Source: Candidatus Saccharimonadales bacterium (GTDB taxonomy: Bacteria > Patescibacteriota > Saccharimonadia > Saccharimonadales > JACQNP01). From it: 64,000 bases of DNA. Both the position numbers and the translations under genes were made by a program. Under the pieces are notes generated by a model. It did no database searches and was not told the DNA's origin. It was given only the letters and a program-made list of their open reading frames with translations. The stretch's first letter is position 1. Each line of letters opens with the position of its first letter. This document shows positions 29,944-39,290 of this stretch, piece after piece. The stretch is from positions 39,505 through 103,504 of the forward strand of contig JBGSIS010000018.1 of NCBI GenBank assembly GCA_041742395.1, given 5' to 3'.

Positions 29944-30758
29944 TATAGGTTCTCCGCAAAATTAGGTGCTTCTTTTCTGAAATATAGAACTCCGCTTACT
30001 AAAATAATAAAAATTATGGCCAAAGGAAGGATTATCGCTAGTTGTGATCCCCAGATTTCACCAATTGTCAGTGTCTCTGGAGTAACAAAAACGTTTCTTG
30101 CTCCTTGTATTGCTTGTGCCATTGGATTTAGGTAAATTAGTTTCTGAATTGTAATATTCGTAATTAAGTTGGTATTAGTGGTCATTGGATATAGTATTGG
30201 CGTTAGATAGAATCCTGCTTGCATTAAAACGTCCCAGATGTAGCTTACATCTCTGTATTTAACAAATAGGGAAGACAAAATAAGTGAAAGCCCTAATGAA
30301 AAAATGTAAATCTCAACAATAAACAATGGCAAAAGCAACGACGTTGGTCCAAAATGCAAGCCATTTATTATCGATAAAACTAATACGACTACTAAGTTGA
30401 GTCCAAGATTAATAAGTGCTGAAAAGCTCACTGATACGATTATTAACCATCTTGGAATTCTAATCTTCCTTATTAGGTCACCCCTTCCTACGATTGCTCC
30501 CAGACTTTGTTGTGTCATTTCCATGAAAAAGCTCCATAAAACTATTCCTAGGAGTAAATAAATCGGGAAGTTAGGAACATCTTTACCAACCTTAAACACA
30601 ACCGCAAAAACTAAATAAAGAATTACAAACATAAAAAGTGGCCGAAGCAATGACCAAGCATAGCCGATTGCTGAACCTTGATAACGTAGCTTAAAGTCAG
30701 TCCTGACAAGTTCGGACAGCAAAGCTCGGTTTTGTTTAGAAAGAAGTTTGTTTAGCAT
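29943..30758 (-). CDS. ABC-2 type polysaccharide exporter permease (Wzm/TagG-like)
   Basis: 271 aa with six hydrophobic helices. It has the N-terminal ELVRTDFKLRYQGSAIGYAWSLLRPL signature of ABC-2 permeases. Its stop overlaps the wzt-like start by 1 nt. Confidence 0.85.
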   Translation of the reverse strand: MLNKLLSKQNRALLSELVRTDFKLRYQGSAIGYAWSLLRPLFMFVILYLVFAVVFKVGKDVPNFPIYLLLGIVLWSFFMEMTQQSLGAIVGRGDLIRKIRIPRWLIIVSVSFSALINLGLNLVVVLVLSIINGLHFGPTSLLLPLFIVEIYIFSLGLSLILSSLFVKYRDVSYIWDVLMQAGFYLTPILYPMTTNTNLITNITIQKLIYLNPMAQAIQGARNVFVTPETLTIGEIWGSQLAIILPLAIIFIILVSGVLYFRKEAPNFAENL

Positions 30759-30795
30759 GAATTACTCCATCTATTATATGATAAGAACAATTATT

Positions 30796-31803
30796 ATGAA
30801 AATTAAGACTGCCGTCGTTATACCGAATTGGAATGGAGAAAAGTATCTCGCCTTGTGTATTAACTCTTTATCTGCTCAGAGTCAGAAATGCGACGTAATT
30901 GTTGTAGAAAATGGATCCGTTGACGGTTCATTAGAGTTATTAAAAAATAAATTTCCAGAAGTAATTACATTAGTTCAGGAAAAAAACTTAGGATTTGCTG
31001 GCGGAGTTAATGCTGGTATCAGATACGCTCTTGAAAATAACTACGAGTTTATTGGTTTGTTTAATAACGATGCTATTGCACATAAAGACTGGGTTAAAAA
31101 TCTAGTCGGTGAGTTAGAAAGCGACCAAAATTCCGGAATAGTTACCTGTAAGTTACTAAAGAAAGATAAAAAACACATAGACAGTACGGGAGATTTATAT
31201 ACTTCTTGGGGATTGCCTTATCCTAGGGGTAGGGATGAGCTAGATAGTGGCCAATACGATGAAAAATCAGAAGTGTTTTCTGCGTCTGGTGGAGCAAGCA
31301 TATATAGAGCTGAAATGTTAAAACAGATTGGTATTTTTGACGAAGACTTCTTCGCATATTATGAAGATGTAGATATAAGTTTTAGGGCACAATTAGCTGG
31401 CTGGAAAATAGTTTATCAACCAAAAGCCGAAGCTTATCATCAGATAGGCGGAACTAGCAGCAAAATTAAAGATTTTACAACTTATCAAACACTAAAGAAC
31501 TTACCTTTAGTATATTGGAAAAATGTACCTTTTAGTGTTGCGGCACCAATGTGGCCAAAGATATTTATCGCATACTGGTCTATATTCTTTAGTGCTCTTT
31601 TAAAAGGAAAAGTAATTGCTAGTATAAAAGGCGCAGTTAAGTGTCACGTTTTTATGTTTAAAAAGTTATTTATCGAAAGACCAAAAATACAAAAATCAAA
31701 GACTGTAAGTAACGAATATATAAAAAGTATAATTACTCCCGGACTACCGCCCAATGCTTATAAACTACAGAGACTAAGAAGATTTTTTGTTTCTGAGAGT
31801 TAA
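30796..31803 (+). CDS. GT2 glycosyltransferase (rhamnosyltransferase-like)
   Basis: I prefer ATG 30796 (MKIKTAVVIPNWNGEKYL), because the track start at TTG 30748 would overlap the divergent wzm start. It has VENGSVDGS, FNNDA and YEDVDISFR motifs. Confidence 0.8.
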   Translation: MKIKTAVVIPNWNGEKYLALCINSLSAQSQKCDVIVVENGSVDGSLELLKNKFPEVITLVQEKNLGFAGGVNAGIRYALENNYEFIGLFNNDAIAHKDWVKNLVGELESDQNSGIVTCKLLKKDKKHIDSTGDLYTSWGLPYPRGRDELDSGQYDEKSEVFSASGGASIYRAEMLKQIGIFDEDFFAYYEDVDISFRAQLAGWKIVYQPKAEAYHQIGGTSSKIKDFTTYQTLKNLPLVYWKNVPFSVAAPMWPKIFIAYWSIFFSALLKGKVIASIKGAVKCHVFMFKKLFIERPKIQKSKTVSNEYIKSIITPGLPPNAYKLQRLRRFFVSES

Positions 31804-33099
31804 ACTCTTAGCTAAAATTATTCCCGCTAGGCCCCACCAGGTATAAGCTACGGCTTCGTTGGACCATATATGGACTAAGAAGTTAGTTATCGCCAACCCG
31901 GCAAAACTTGCTAAAAGCGCCAGCGCTAGCCAATCTTTTTGGCAACTTGGATATAGTTTTAATGCAATAGTTACAAGAATAGCCATGAACAATATAAATC
32001 CAAGAATACCGACTTCTGAAGCAATCTGAAGATAGTAGTTCTCGTTTAGTTCTGTTCCCTGTACATTATTTCGGATAGAAGCCAGCCCCGCAGTTCCTGG
32101 CCCACTTCCTACCGGATCGTTAGCTACTCCTTGTAAAGATTCCTTCCAAAACCGTATTCTCAGCTCGTTTGGATCCTCTAATGTAGTACTTTGGTCGGCA
32201 TGGAAAATTACATTTTGAACAAAGTAACTATTCCACTGAGACACTAATGCTACCGTAAAAATTAGACCAGCACTAATTACGCCTAGAGAAAGATATTTAA
32301 TCTGTTTTTTGTTTAATAATCCTCGAACTGAAAAAGCAAGTATTACGAACAAGGCAACAATAAAACCAATCCATGCACTCCTAGAGAAAGTGAATATTAG
32401 ATTTAGAGACGTGAGACCAAGAAATCCCAATGCAATGTTTTTTAGGCGCTTGTTTTTTGCTAATGCCGCGGCAGCAATAGAACCTATAATTATCAGATAA
32501 GAACCGTAGGAATTAGGGTCGCGTAGAGTCGACATAATCCTCTCGAGGTCAGGCTTATCATCTATGAAAAAAGCAGGCAAGACACCATTTGACCGTATAT
32601 AGCCAAATTTCTCTAAGAAAGCACTTGGCATAACAGTGTATTGAATTAATCCAAACAATAAAACAATAAATGCTGATCCCATGACAGCCATAAGAGCTTC
32701 TTTACGTACATTTCTTTCTTTACTTATTAAGTTATAGACTAAAATTGCATAGATAAAGAAAATTAAAAACCTGGTGTTATAAACTAAGCCTAGAATTTCG
32801 GCATCCTGATCTGTACTTTTAACTAATGCTAGGATTAATGCATAGATTCCATAGGCCGCTATTAACCAAATTAATCTATTCTTTATTAAGCTACTAAACC
32901 ACTTTTGTCTTACTGATAATATCAGTGCCAAAATAAACCCAAGTAACATTACAATATCTTTTAAGATTCTGGCTGGCTCTAAAAGATTAAAACTAGATCC
33001 AAACCATGTAGACAAGAAAATATGAAGTGGTATATAAGCCAGAATCCCTAAGAAAATGTAGTAGCTTGTAAGTTTTAGAAACTCTTTTGTTTTAATCAC
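31774..33099 (-). CDS. O-antigen ligase/polymerase family membrane protein (Wzy/WaaL-like)
   Basis: 441 aa with about 11 helices. It has a TFSRSAWIGF block and a large external loop typical of the O-antigen ligase (Wzy_C) family. Confidence 0.7.
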   Translation of the reverse strand: MIKTKEFLKLTSYYIFLGILAYIPLHIFLSTWFGSSFNLLEPARILKDIVMLLGFILALILSVRQKWFSSLIKNRLIWLIAAYGIYALILALVKSTDQDAEILGLVYNTRFLIFFIYAILVYNLISKERNVRKEALMAVMGSAFIVLLFGLIQYTVMPSAFLEKFGYIRSNGVLPAFFIDDKPDLERIMSTLRDPNSYGSYLIIIGSIAAAALAKNKRLKNIALGFLGLTSLNLIFTFSRSAWIGFIVALFVILAFSVRGLLNKKQIKYLSLGVISAGLIFTVALVSQWNSYFVQNVIFHADQSTTLEDPNELRIRFWKESLQGVANDPVGSGPGTAGLASIRNNVQGTELNENYYLQIASEVGILGFILFMAILVTIALKLYPSCQKDWLALALLASFAGLAITNFLVHIWSNEAVAYTWWGLAGIILAKSLTLRNKKSS

Positions 33100-33140
33100 T
33101 TTAAAATAGTAAGTATTAATTCATATATAGTAAATAGGTA

Positions 33141-33169
33141 TTGACAAAATAGCTTAATGTAATTACAAT
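33141..33169 (+). promoter_or_regulatory. sigma70-like promoter of mazEF with an overlapping direct repeat (operator candidate)
   Basis: TTGACA (33141-33146), 17 nt and TACAAT (33164-33169), with the ATG 10 nt downstream. ATGTAATTAC occurs twice in tandem across the -10 region. Confidence 0.5.
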
Positions 33170-33178
33170 GTAATTACT

Positions 33179-33415
33179 ATGGATTCAGAAATTGTAAAAA
33201 TTGGTAACTCTCAAGGCGTAAGGATTCCTAAACCACTGTTGAAGCAATCTGGACTTGGTCGCTATGTTTCTATTCGTGCCGAAAAAGGTAAAATCATAAT
33301 TGAAAATGATGATATTAGTGGCCGTGAACTTGCAATAATGAGCGAATTATCACTTAGTGATTGGAATTCAAAAGAGGAAGATGAAGCATGGGAATATCTA
33401 AACCAGGCGAAGTAA
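33179..33415 (+). CDS. mazE: MazE/AbrB-type antitoxin
   Basis: 78 aa with the SpoVT/AbrB hairpin IVKIGNSQGVRIPKPLL. It overlaps the downstream MazF-like gene. Confidence 0.8.
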   Translation: MDSEIVKIGNSQGVRIPKPLLKQSGLGRYVSIRAEKGKIIIENDDISGRELAIMSELSLSDWNSKEEDEAWEYLNQAK

Positions 33416-33732
33416 TCGTCATAGGCTTCCCCTTTTCTGATTTAAGCAAACAAAAATTACGACCAGCGCTTGTATTAGCTGTGTCTGATTTTGATAATTT
33501 AATTGTTGCCCAAATATCTAGTAAATTACCTGTCGGCACAGCCGGTATATCCATTAATAATAGTGATTTTACTACTGGAAAACCATTAAGACAGAGTAGC
33601 TATATTAGATACCGGAAAATTTTTACCGCTGACCCGAAACTAGTTAAAGGATCTCTGGGTTTCATTGATAAAAATAAGAAAAAAGAAGTTCAAGATAAGA
33701 TTTTTGAACTATTTGGGGGCTTAGCAAAATAA
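33388..33732 (+). CDS. mazF: MazF/PemK-family endoribonuclease toxin
   Basis: 114 aa. GEVIVIGFPFSDLSKQKLRPALVL...LIVAQISS matches the MazF/PemK N-terminal signature. Confidence 0.8.
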   Translation: MGISKPGEVIVIGFPFSDLSKQKLRPALVLAVSDFDNLIVAQISSKLPVGTAGISINNSDFTTGKPLRQSSYIRYRKIFTADPKLVKGSLGFIDKNKKKEVQDKIFELFGGLAK

Positions 33733-34832
33733 TGCATATCGTAATTGACGCAAGAATAAGGCAAGCCAGCACTGGACGTCCTGTGGATAGATTATTAGAA
33801 TATCTTCAGGAATTAGACACTAAAAATAAGTACACAATCATGTTAAAACCAGGTGATGAATGGACTTCTGATAAAAAGAATTTTTCGACAATAGTATGTA
33901 AGTATAAAATGTTTTCTTTTAATCCCATCCAGCAGGCTTCTTTTGCAAAGTTTTTATATGACCTTAAGGCCGATTTAGTACATTTCACAATGACCGGACA
34001 GCAACCAGTCGGCTACTTCGGAACCCAAACCACCTTTACGCACGATTTGACGATGTTTGAATACGTTAGAGCTGGAAAGTTACCAAAGATACTTCATCTT
34101 CTGAGAATGCAGGGATATCGCTTCATAATGTGGCAGAGCCATAGAAAGGCAAAATATATTCTAGTTCCAAGTCAATACGTTAGAGATGACCTCTACAAAC
34201 GATACTTATTTGTAAGAAGAAAACTAAAAGTAACGCTTGAGGCTAGCGAGTCAGCAATAAAAGAAAAGGCTGAAAAGCTAGATGGTGTCGACAAACCATT
34301 TATTTTTCATGTTGGTAGTCCCTTTCCTCACAAAAATATTGAACGGCTAATTGAGGCGTTTGAAATACTCAAAGTTAAGCACAAAGACCTAAGGTTGGTT
34401 TTAGCTGGAAAAAGAGAGTACTACTTTAAGCAATTAGAAAAATCTTTAGTTGGTAACCCAATCAGAGATTCTATCGAAATAACCGGATATATCAGTGATG
34501 GTGAACTAAAATGGCTTTACCAGAATGCCGAATGCTACGTACTCCCATCTCTAAGTGAAGGATTCGGACTGCCTGGACTGGAAGCTATGGCTCATGATTG
34601 CCCGCTAGTCAGTAGTAATGCAACATGCTTGCCAGAAATATACGGCGAAGCTGCAGAATATTTTGACCCAAAGGACGTAGAGGATATGGCTAGTAAGATA
34701 TCAAAAGTTATTAACGGACCAAAAACTAAAGAAAAGTTAATCGAAAATGGTAAGGATAATCTAAAGAAATACTCCTGGAAAAGAATGACTATAGAGACAT
34801 TAGAGATTTTCAATAAAGTCATAGATTCTTGA
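33732..34832 (+). CDS. glycosyltransferase family 4
   Basis: 366 aa with an EX7E block: PSLSEGFGLPGLEAMAHDCPLVSSNATCLPEIYGEAAEYF. Confidence 0.85.
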   Translation: MHIVIDARIRQASTGRPVDRLLEYLQELDTKNKYTIMLKPGDEWTSDKKNFSTIVCKYKMFSFNPIQQASFAKFLYDLKADLVHFTMTGQQPVGYFGTQTTFTHDLTMFEYVRAGKLPKILHLLRMQGYRFIMWQSHRKAKYILVPSQYVRDDLYKRYLFVRRKLKVTLEASESAIKEKAEKLDGVDKPFIFHVGSPFPHKNIERLIEAFEILKVKHKDLRLVLAGKREYYFKQLEKSLVGNPIRDSIEITGYISDGELKWLYQNAECYVLPSLSEGFGLPGLEAMAHDCPLVSSNATCLPEIYGEAAEYFDPKDVEDMASKISKVINGPKTKEKLIENGKDNLKKYSWKRMTIETLEIFNKVIDS

Positions 34833-34857
34833 CATTGCAGGCTATTTAGCCTACAAT
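34829..34857 (+). promoter_or_regulatory. sigma70-like promoter of vapBC-2, predicted leaderless, with a palindromic operator candidate
   Basis: TTGACA (34829-34834, overlapping the GT4 TGA stop), 17 nt and TACAAT (34852-34857). The ATG at 34864 follows after 6 nt. The palindrome AGGCTA-TT-TAGCCT sits in the spacer. Confidence 0.5.
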
Positions 34858-34863
34858 GTAGGC

Positions 34864-35121
34864 ATGAAAAGCATACAATATACAATAAGATCAATACCCC
34901 CAAACCTTGACCAGGCATTAAGGGATCGTGCTAGAAAGACCGGTAAGAGCCTTAATGAAGTAACTATAGATAGTCTGTCGACAGGTGTTGGCCTAAAGGA
35001 AAATACAGTTTTTACTGACCTGGACTGGTTTATTGGTAGTAAAAATAATGATGACTTATCATTAGAAAAAAGTATGAATTGGCTAGACAAACTACCCAAT
35101 GATTTAGATTCAAATCTATGA
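34864..35121 (+). CDS. RHH-type antitoxin (VapB/FitA-like)
   Basis: 85 aa. The N-terminal YTIRSIPPNLDQALRDRARKTGKSLNEV is a ribbon-helix-helix pattern. Its stop overlaps the PIN gene by 4 nt. Confidence 0.7.
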   Translation: MKSIQYTIRSIPPNLDQALRDRARKTGKSLNEVTIDSLSTGVGLKENTVFTDLDWFIGSKNNDDLSLEKSMNWLDKLPNDLDSNL

Positions 35122-35513
35122 GACTAATAGCACTCGACACAAACGCCTATAGTGCACTTCAAAAGGGCAATAAAGTCGTTGCTGAGTTATCTAATTCTGC
35201 TACAGAAATTGGTTTACCTATAACTGTAATCGGAGAACTGTATTATGGAATATTTGATGGTGGCAATGGACCTGAAAATAACGCTAATCTACGTAAATTT
35301 CTTAGCACAGGAAGAGTGACAGTATTACAAATAAATGAATTAACTGCCAGTATTTTTGGTGAGATTTCTACAGAACTTAAAAAAAATGGTAGGCCAATGC
35401 AGCAAAACGATATTTGGATAGCTGCTCTTTGCAAACAATATGGTTTTTCATTAATTAGTAATGATCATGCGTTCAGTAATGTAGTTGGACTAGATCATAT
35501 TACGTTCAGTTAA
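35118..35513 (+). CDS. vapC: PIN-domain toxin VapC
   Basis: 131 aa with the N-terminal LIALDTNAY motif and C-terminal NDIWIAA and ISND acidic residues. Confidence 0.85.
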   Translation: MRLIALDTNAYSALQKGNKVVAELSNSATEIGLPITVIGELYYGIFDGGNGPENNANLRKFLSTGRVTVLQINELTASIFGEISTELKKNGRPMQQNDIWIAALCKQYGFSLISNDHAFSNVVGLDHITFS

Positions 35514-35521
35514 TCGTAAGG

Positions 35522-35980
35522 TTAGCTTTTTGCTGGTTTGAGCACAATATGCCTATCACGACCCTCGCCAACGGATTCAGTTTCTAGTCCATTTTCACCG
35601 GCAAGTTTATGAATTATTCTTCGGTCAGCAGCATTCATTGGATTTAGATCCATCGGTTCACCTGACTCGTTAACTGCGTTAACCCATTCCATTGCTTTAT
35701 TAGCTAATCTTTCTGCGCGAGCCTTTTTATAGTCAGCTATATCAACGTTAACCCTGGTTATTTCGTAATCATTACTCCTAAGAGCACTACTCACCATATA
35801 TTGGATAGCGCGCATGGTGTCTCCGTGTTGGCCAATTAAAAAGCCGTTTAGGTGCGTACTTGGAACACTCAACTCAATAACTTCGTTATCCTCAGTAGTT
35901 GCATAAATATCTGTATTAAGACCAAAGAAAGATAAAAGATCTTCTAAATACTTCTTGGCAAATAAAATTGATTCTTCCAT
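35522..35980 (-). CDS. jag: Jag/KhpB-like RNA-binding protein (KH + R3H)
   Basis: 152 aa with an R3H motif region (MNAADRRIIHKLAGENGLETESVGEGRDRHIVL). It occupies the conserved position downstream of yidC. Confidence 0.85.
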   Translation of the reverse strand: MEESILFAKKYLEDLLSFFGLNTDIYATTEDNEVIELSVPSTHLNGFLIGQHGDTMRAIQYMVSSALRSNDYEITRVNVDIADYKKARAERLANKAMEWVNAVNESGEPMDLNPMNAADRRIIHKLAGENGLETESVGEGRDRHIVLKPAKS

Positions 35981-36912
35981 TACTTTTTTCTCCTCTTTTT
36001 AGCTTTGCTCTTTGAGGTGTTTTTCTTTGGTGTTTTTGGTTTTGGTTTTTCAACTATCTCACCTTCTATAATATCTTTTTCTACCGATTTATCGGCAATC
36101 TCTTCTAGCTCGTCTTCGTCTTGTTTCAATATCCTAGACTGCTGCCACAGAGCAACTAGTCCACCAGTTAACCAGTAAAGGTTTAGGGCAGATGGCAAAG
36201 TCACCGTAAAGAAAAGAATCATAACTGGAATAATGTACCTGGTGTTTTGGCCAATTGCGGAATTAATTTCTGACTGATCAGCTTGCTTGCCCTTACCTGC
36301 ATCTTTTAGTATTGCTCTTAGTGACCTAGCATCTTTATCCTTAGGCATTAACTGACTACTCTGGAAGAATTGAACAGCGGCACTACCTAGCACTAGAACA
36401 AATCCGATTAAGTAAAAGCCCTCTGGGCCTAGTGCAGGTCTAGCCAAGTTAACAAAACCAAATAAGGTTTCATCGAACTTACCAATATCTGAAAATAGTT
36501 CTTTCATCCATGACAGATTAGCTATCCAGCCGTAAGTTAGTTCTTTGATTGAATTTGGATCTTTAACTACTCGATTTAAACCGGAGTATAAACCAATCAA
36601 GATAACAAACTGAACGGCTAAAACTCCTAGTGAACCAAAAGGACTGATTTGCCTTTCTTTATAAAGCTCCATTACCAACATTGATTCTTTTTGCTTGTCA
36701 CCTTTAGTAGCTAGTTTTATTTTTTTCAGCTCTGGTTGAAGTTTTCTAATAGCCTTTGCATGGTGAAGCTGTTTTCTAACAAGCGGCCACATTAAAGTAC
36801 GAATAATTATCGTGAAAATAATTAAAGCTAAGCCAAAGTTATGCCCAGGTAATAGAGCGTAAATTAGTACTAAAAGATTAAATAGTGGCTGTACAACTAA
36901 AGTCTCAAACAT
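35980..36912 (-). CDS. yidC: membrane protein insertase YidC/Oxa1 family
   Basis: 310 aa of the short Gram-positive type, with five helices and a lysine-rich tail. It sits in rnpA-yidC-jag synteny. Confidence 0.85.
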   Translation of the reverse strand: MFETLVVQPLFNLLVLIYALLPGHNFGLALIIFTIIIRTLMWPLVRKQLHHAKAIRKLQPELKKIKLATKGDKQKESMLVMELYKERQISPFGSLGVLAVQFVILIGLYSGLNRVVKDPNSIKELTYGWIANLSWMKELFSDIGKFDETLFGFVNLARPALGPEGFYLIGFVLVLGSAAVQFFQSSQLMPKDKDARSLRAILKDAGKGKQADQSEINSAIGQNTRYIIPVMILFFTVTLPSALNLYWLTGGLVALWQQSRILKQDEDELEEIADKSVEKDIIEGEIVEKPKPKTPKKNTSKSKAKKRRKK

Positions 36913-37266
36913 TTACTTATATGATATCACGCCAGCCTGCCTAAACTGCTGTATTAATATCTCCTCCAATTTAGATGATTCTAACTCAATTAACTGATCA
37001 CTGTAAACAATAATTGCTATATCGTATGGTTTTTTTATTAGTTCTTGGTTTTTACGTACTATTTCGTACAATCTTCGCCTAATTCTATTTCGTTTGACCG
37101 CCGACTTACTTACTTTCTTACTAACTACAATTGCCAGCCGGTAAACTTTTCTACGGTCATTTGGAGCGTACTTAACAGAAAAGTACTGTCCACGAATATT
37201 TTTACCGTGACGATGTACAAATCTTAGACTGCCGTGTCCATGAAAACGGTAGATACTGGCAATCAT
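36913..37266 (-). CDS. rnpA: ribonuclease P protein component
   Basis: 117 aa and basic. It has the RNR motif region KSAVKRNRIRRRLYEIVR and lies immediately downstream of rpmH. Confidence 0.85.
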   Translation of the reverse strand: MIASIYRFHGHGSLRFVHRHGKNIRGQYFSVKYAPNDRRKVYRLAIVVSKKVSKSAVKRNRIRRRLYEIVRKNQELIKKPYDIAIIVYSDQLIELESSKLEEILIQQFRQAGVISYK

Positions 37267-37276
37267 TTTTAATTAT

Positions 37277-37414
37277 TTAACCTGAAATTCTAGATCGGCC
37301 TTTTAGACGGCGACTCTTTAAAACTGATTGACCAGCTTTAGTACTCATTCGTTTCATGAATCCATGAACGCGAGCACGCTTTCGGGTTTTTGGTTGGTGG
37401 GTTCTTTTTGGCAT
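37277..37414 (-). CDS. rpmH: 50S ribosomal protein L34
   Basis: This gene is not in the ORF track because it is under 60 aa. My minus-strand translation is [45 protein letters not shown] (45 aa), the canonical L34 sequence pattern. Confidence 0.9.
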   Translation of the reverse strand: MPKRTHQPKTRKRARVHGFMKRMSTKAGQSVLKSRRLKGRSRISG

Positions 37415-37508
37415 AATTCCTCATTAGTTCTTTTAGTAAGAACGTTTCACGAATAATATTAGAGTAACTACGTGAAATTAACAATATTTACCCACTAATA
37501 ATATCAGT

Positions 37509-37633
37509 TTTTCCACCAAAGTTCAATTGTTTTCCACATATTTACAGATTAGATTCTGAACTGTGCATAACTTATACTGTTTACTGAAAAATTTGAATAC
37601 ATAATTCAACAACACTTATATACTTGTGGAAAA
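37509..37633. promoter_or_regulatory. DnaA-box cluster upstream of dnaA (oriC part 1 / dnaA promoter region)
   Basis: Four boxes match the TTATNCACA consensus. TTTTCCACC at 37509-37517 has 2 mismatches. TTTTCCACA at 37530-37538 has 1 mismatch. TGTGCATAA at 37562-37570 is TTATGCACA on the reverse strand, a perfect match. TGTGGAAAA at 37625-37633 is TTTTCCACA on the reverse strand. Confidence 0.6.
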
Positions 37634-37680
37634 GTGCCTTTATTTTGTATATTAGTAGTAACGGAAACGAAGGAGAGGTA

Positions 37681-39048
37681 ATGCAGGATAGTGTTTGGCA
37701 AGCGGTGCTTGGAGAGATAGAACTAACCGTTTCGCGCGCTAATTTTGCAACATGGTTCATGAATACCCGACTCCTTAGATATAAAGACGATGTTCTAGTA
37801 ATAGGTGTTCCTAATGTCTTTATAAAGCAACAACTTGAGAAAAAATATAACCCACTAATCCTAGAGCTTTTAGAGAAAAACGGCGTAAAGCCAAAGAGTG
37901 TTGAGTATAAAATTAACTCTTCTATATCCATGCCAAAGAAACAGGATGATGATATTCAAATATTAAATAGCCCTTCTACTCAGACGAACACGGCTTCTAG
38001 AAGACCAAATTCCTCATTAATTCACACTTATAGACAAGGACTTAACGAGAAGTATACTTTCGATAACTTTATAGTTGGCTCCGGAAACGAGCTTGCCTAT
38101 GCGGCCTGCCAAGCCATAGCTCAATCACCAGGCACTAAATATAATCCTCTTTTTGTTTATGGTGGTGTAGGGATTGGAAAAACTCACTTAATCCAAGCAG
38201 TTGGCAACGCCGTCCTAGCGAAAGACCCGAACGCTCATATAGTATATGTATCTACGGAACAGTTTGTTCAAGAGTTCTTAGATGCCATCAGATATAAGAA
38301 AAACACCGATTTTGCCGGATATTACAGAGGCGCAGACGTCTTAATAGTAGACGATATGCAGTTTATTGCCGGCAAAGAAAAGACCCAGGAAGAATTCTTC
38401 CATACTTTTAATGCCCTTCATCAAGCTAATAAACAAATAATTATAAGTAGCGATAAGCCACCTAAAGAAATTCCTACTCTAGAAGAAAGACTAAGATCAA
38501 GGTTTGCTTGGGGTATGTCTATAGATATGCAGAACCCAGACTTTGAAACTAGATGCGCGATAGTCCAAACAAAAGCTCAACATCACAATATTGTGTTACC
38601 TCAAGACGTTGTTGAATACTTAGCTAATCTAGTGCAGACAAACATCAGAGAGTTGGAAGGTGCCCTTAATCAACTTCTTGCCTTTTGTGAGATGCGCGGC
38701 CTTGAACCAGACTTGGGTATAGCTCAAAGTTTAATTGGATCTAGTAAAGTTCGGCCAAAGCACTTAAGCGCCAAGCAAATAATCGAAAAGACCGCTAAAC
38801 ACTTTCAGATACCAATGGAAGATATTATGGGCCCAAAAAGAGACAAAGACATTGTAGTACCAAGACAAGTTGCTATGTATATGCTTAGGAATGAACTTCA
38901 TTTAAGCTTTCCAAAAATTGCCCGTGAACTTGGAAGAAAAGACCACACTACAGCTATTCATTCAGTTGAAAAAATACAGAAAGAATCTAACTTTGACCCG
39001 GATATAAAGTCGGCAATTACCGAAATAAAGGAGCGTCTTTATGCTTAG
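37681..39048 (+). CDS. dnaA: chromosomal replication initiator protein DnaA
   Basis: I prefer ATG 37681, preceded by AAGGAGAGG, over the track start at 37624. It has Walker A GGVGIGKTHL, Walker B VLIVDDMQF and the C-terminal DNA-binding signature RKDHTTAIHSVEKI. Confidence 0.95.
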   Translation: MQDSVWQAVLGEIELTVSRANFATWFMNTRLLRYKDDVLVIGVPNVFIKQQLEKKYNPLILELLEKNGVKPKSVEYKINSSISMPKKQDDDIQILNSPSTQTNTASRRPNSSLIHTYRQGLNEKYTFDNFIVGSGNELAYAACQAIAQSPGTKYNPLFVYGGVGIGKTHLIQAVGNAVLAKDPNAHIVYVSTEQFVQEFLDAIRYKKNTDFAGYYRGADVLIVDDMQFIAGKEKTQEEFFHTFNALHQANKQIIISSDKPPKEIPTLEERLRSRFAWGMSIDMQNPDFETRCAIVQTKAQHHNIVLPQDVVEYLANLVQTNIRELEGALNQLLAFCEMRGLEPDLGIAQSLIGSSKVRPKHLSAKQIIEKTAKHFQIPMEDIMGPKRDKDIVVPRQVAMYMLRNELHLSFPKIARELGRKDHTTAIHSVEKIQKESNFDPDIKSAITEIKERLYA

Positions 39049-39052
39049 TGCC

Positions 39053-39290
39053 TGTGTACAACATGTGTCTTTATTAAGTACAAGTCTGTTCATTAACTAT
39101 TTGTTTGTGCACAGTATTTATTTAATTTCATTACCATGTGTACATTTATCCAAGTTATACGTTAGTTATACGTTGCCTTCCAGGTATTTTGTACACACCC
39201 AAATTTCACGTTTCTTATCTTTAAAAAATCATTTTTACACATCTTCCACAGTAACTACTATTATAACTACTAATTAATATATAAAGGATT
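39053..39290. promoter_or_regulatory. DnaA-box cluster plus AT-rich tract between dnaA and dnaN (oriC part 2 candidate)
   Basis: Box-like 9-mers are TTGTACACA (39053-39061 on the reverse strand and 39189-39197), TTGTGCACA (39105-39113), TTTTACACA (39233-39241) and TCTTCCACA (39242-39250). An AT-rich stretch follows at about 39255-39290. Confidence 0.6.

Noticed and set aside
37581-37931. There is a 116-aa minus-strand ORF across the dnaA 5' end, and the track extends dnaA upstream to 37624.
   Set aside because: The minus-strand ORF is antisense to dnaA. The true dnaA start is more likely ATG 37681, which has an AAGGAGAGG ribosome-binding site. The upstream extension would run through DnaA boxes.
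39041-39277. A 78-aa ORF fills the dnaA-dnaN intergenic region.
   Set aside because: It overlaps the DnaA-box cluster, and its sequence is hydrophobic and low-complexity with no RBS. This region is better explained as oriC.
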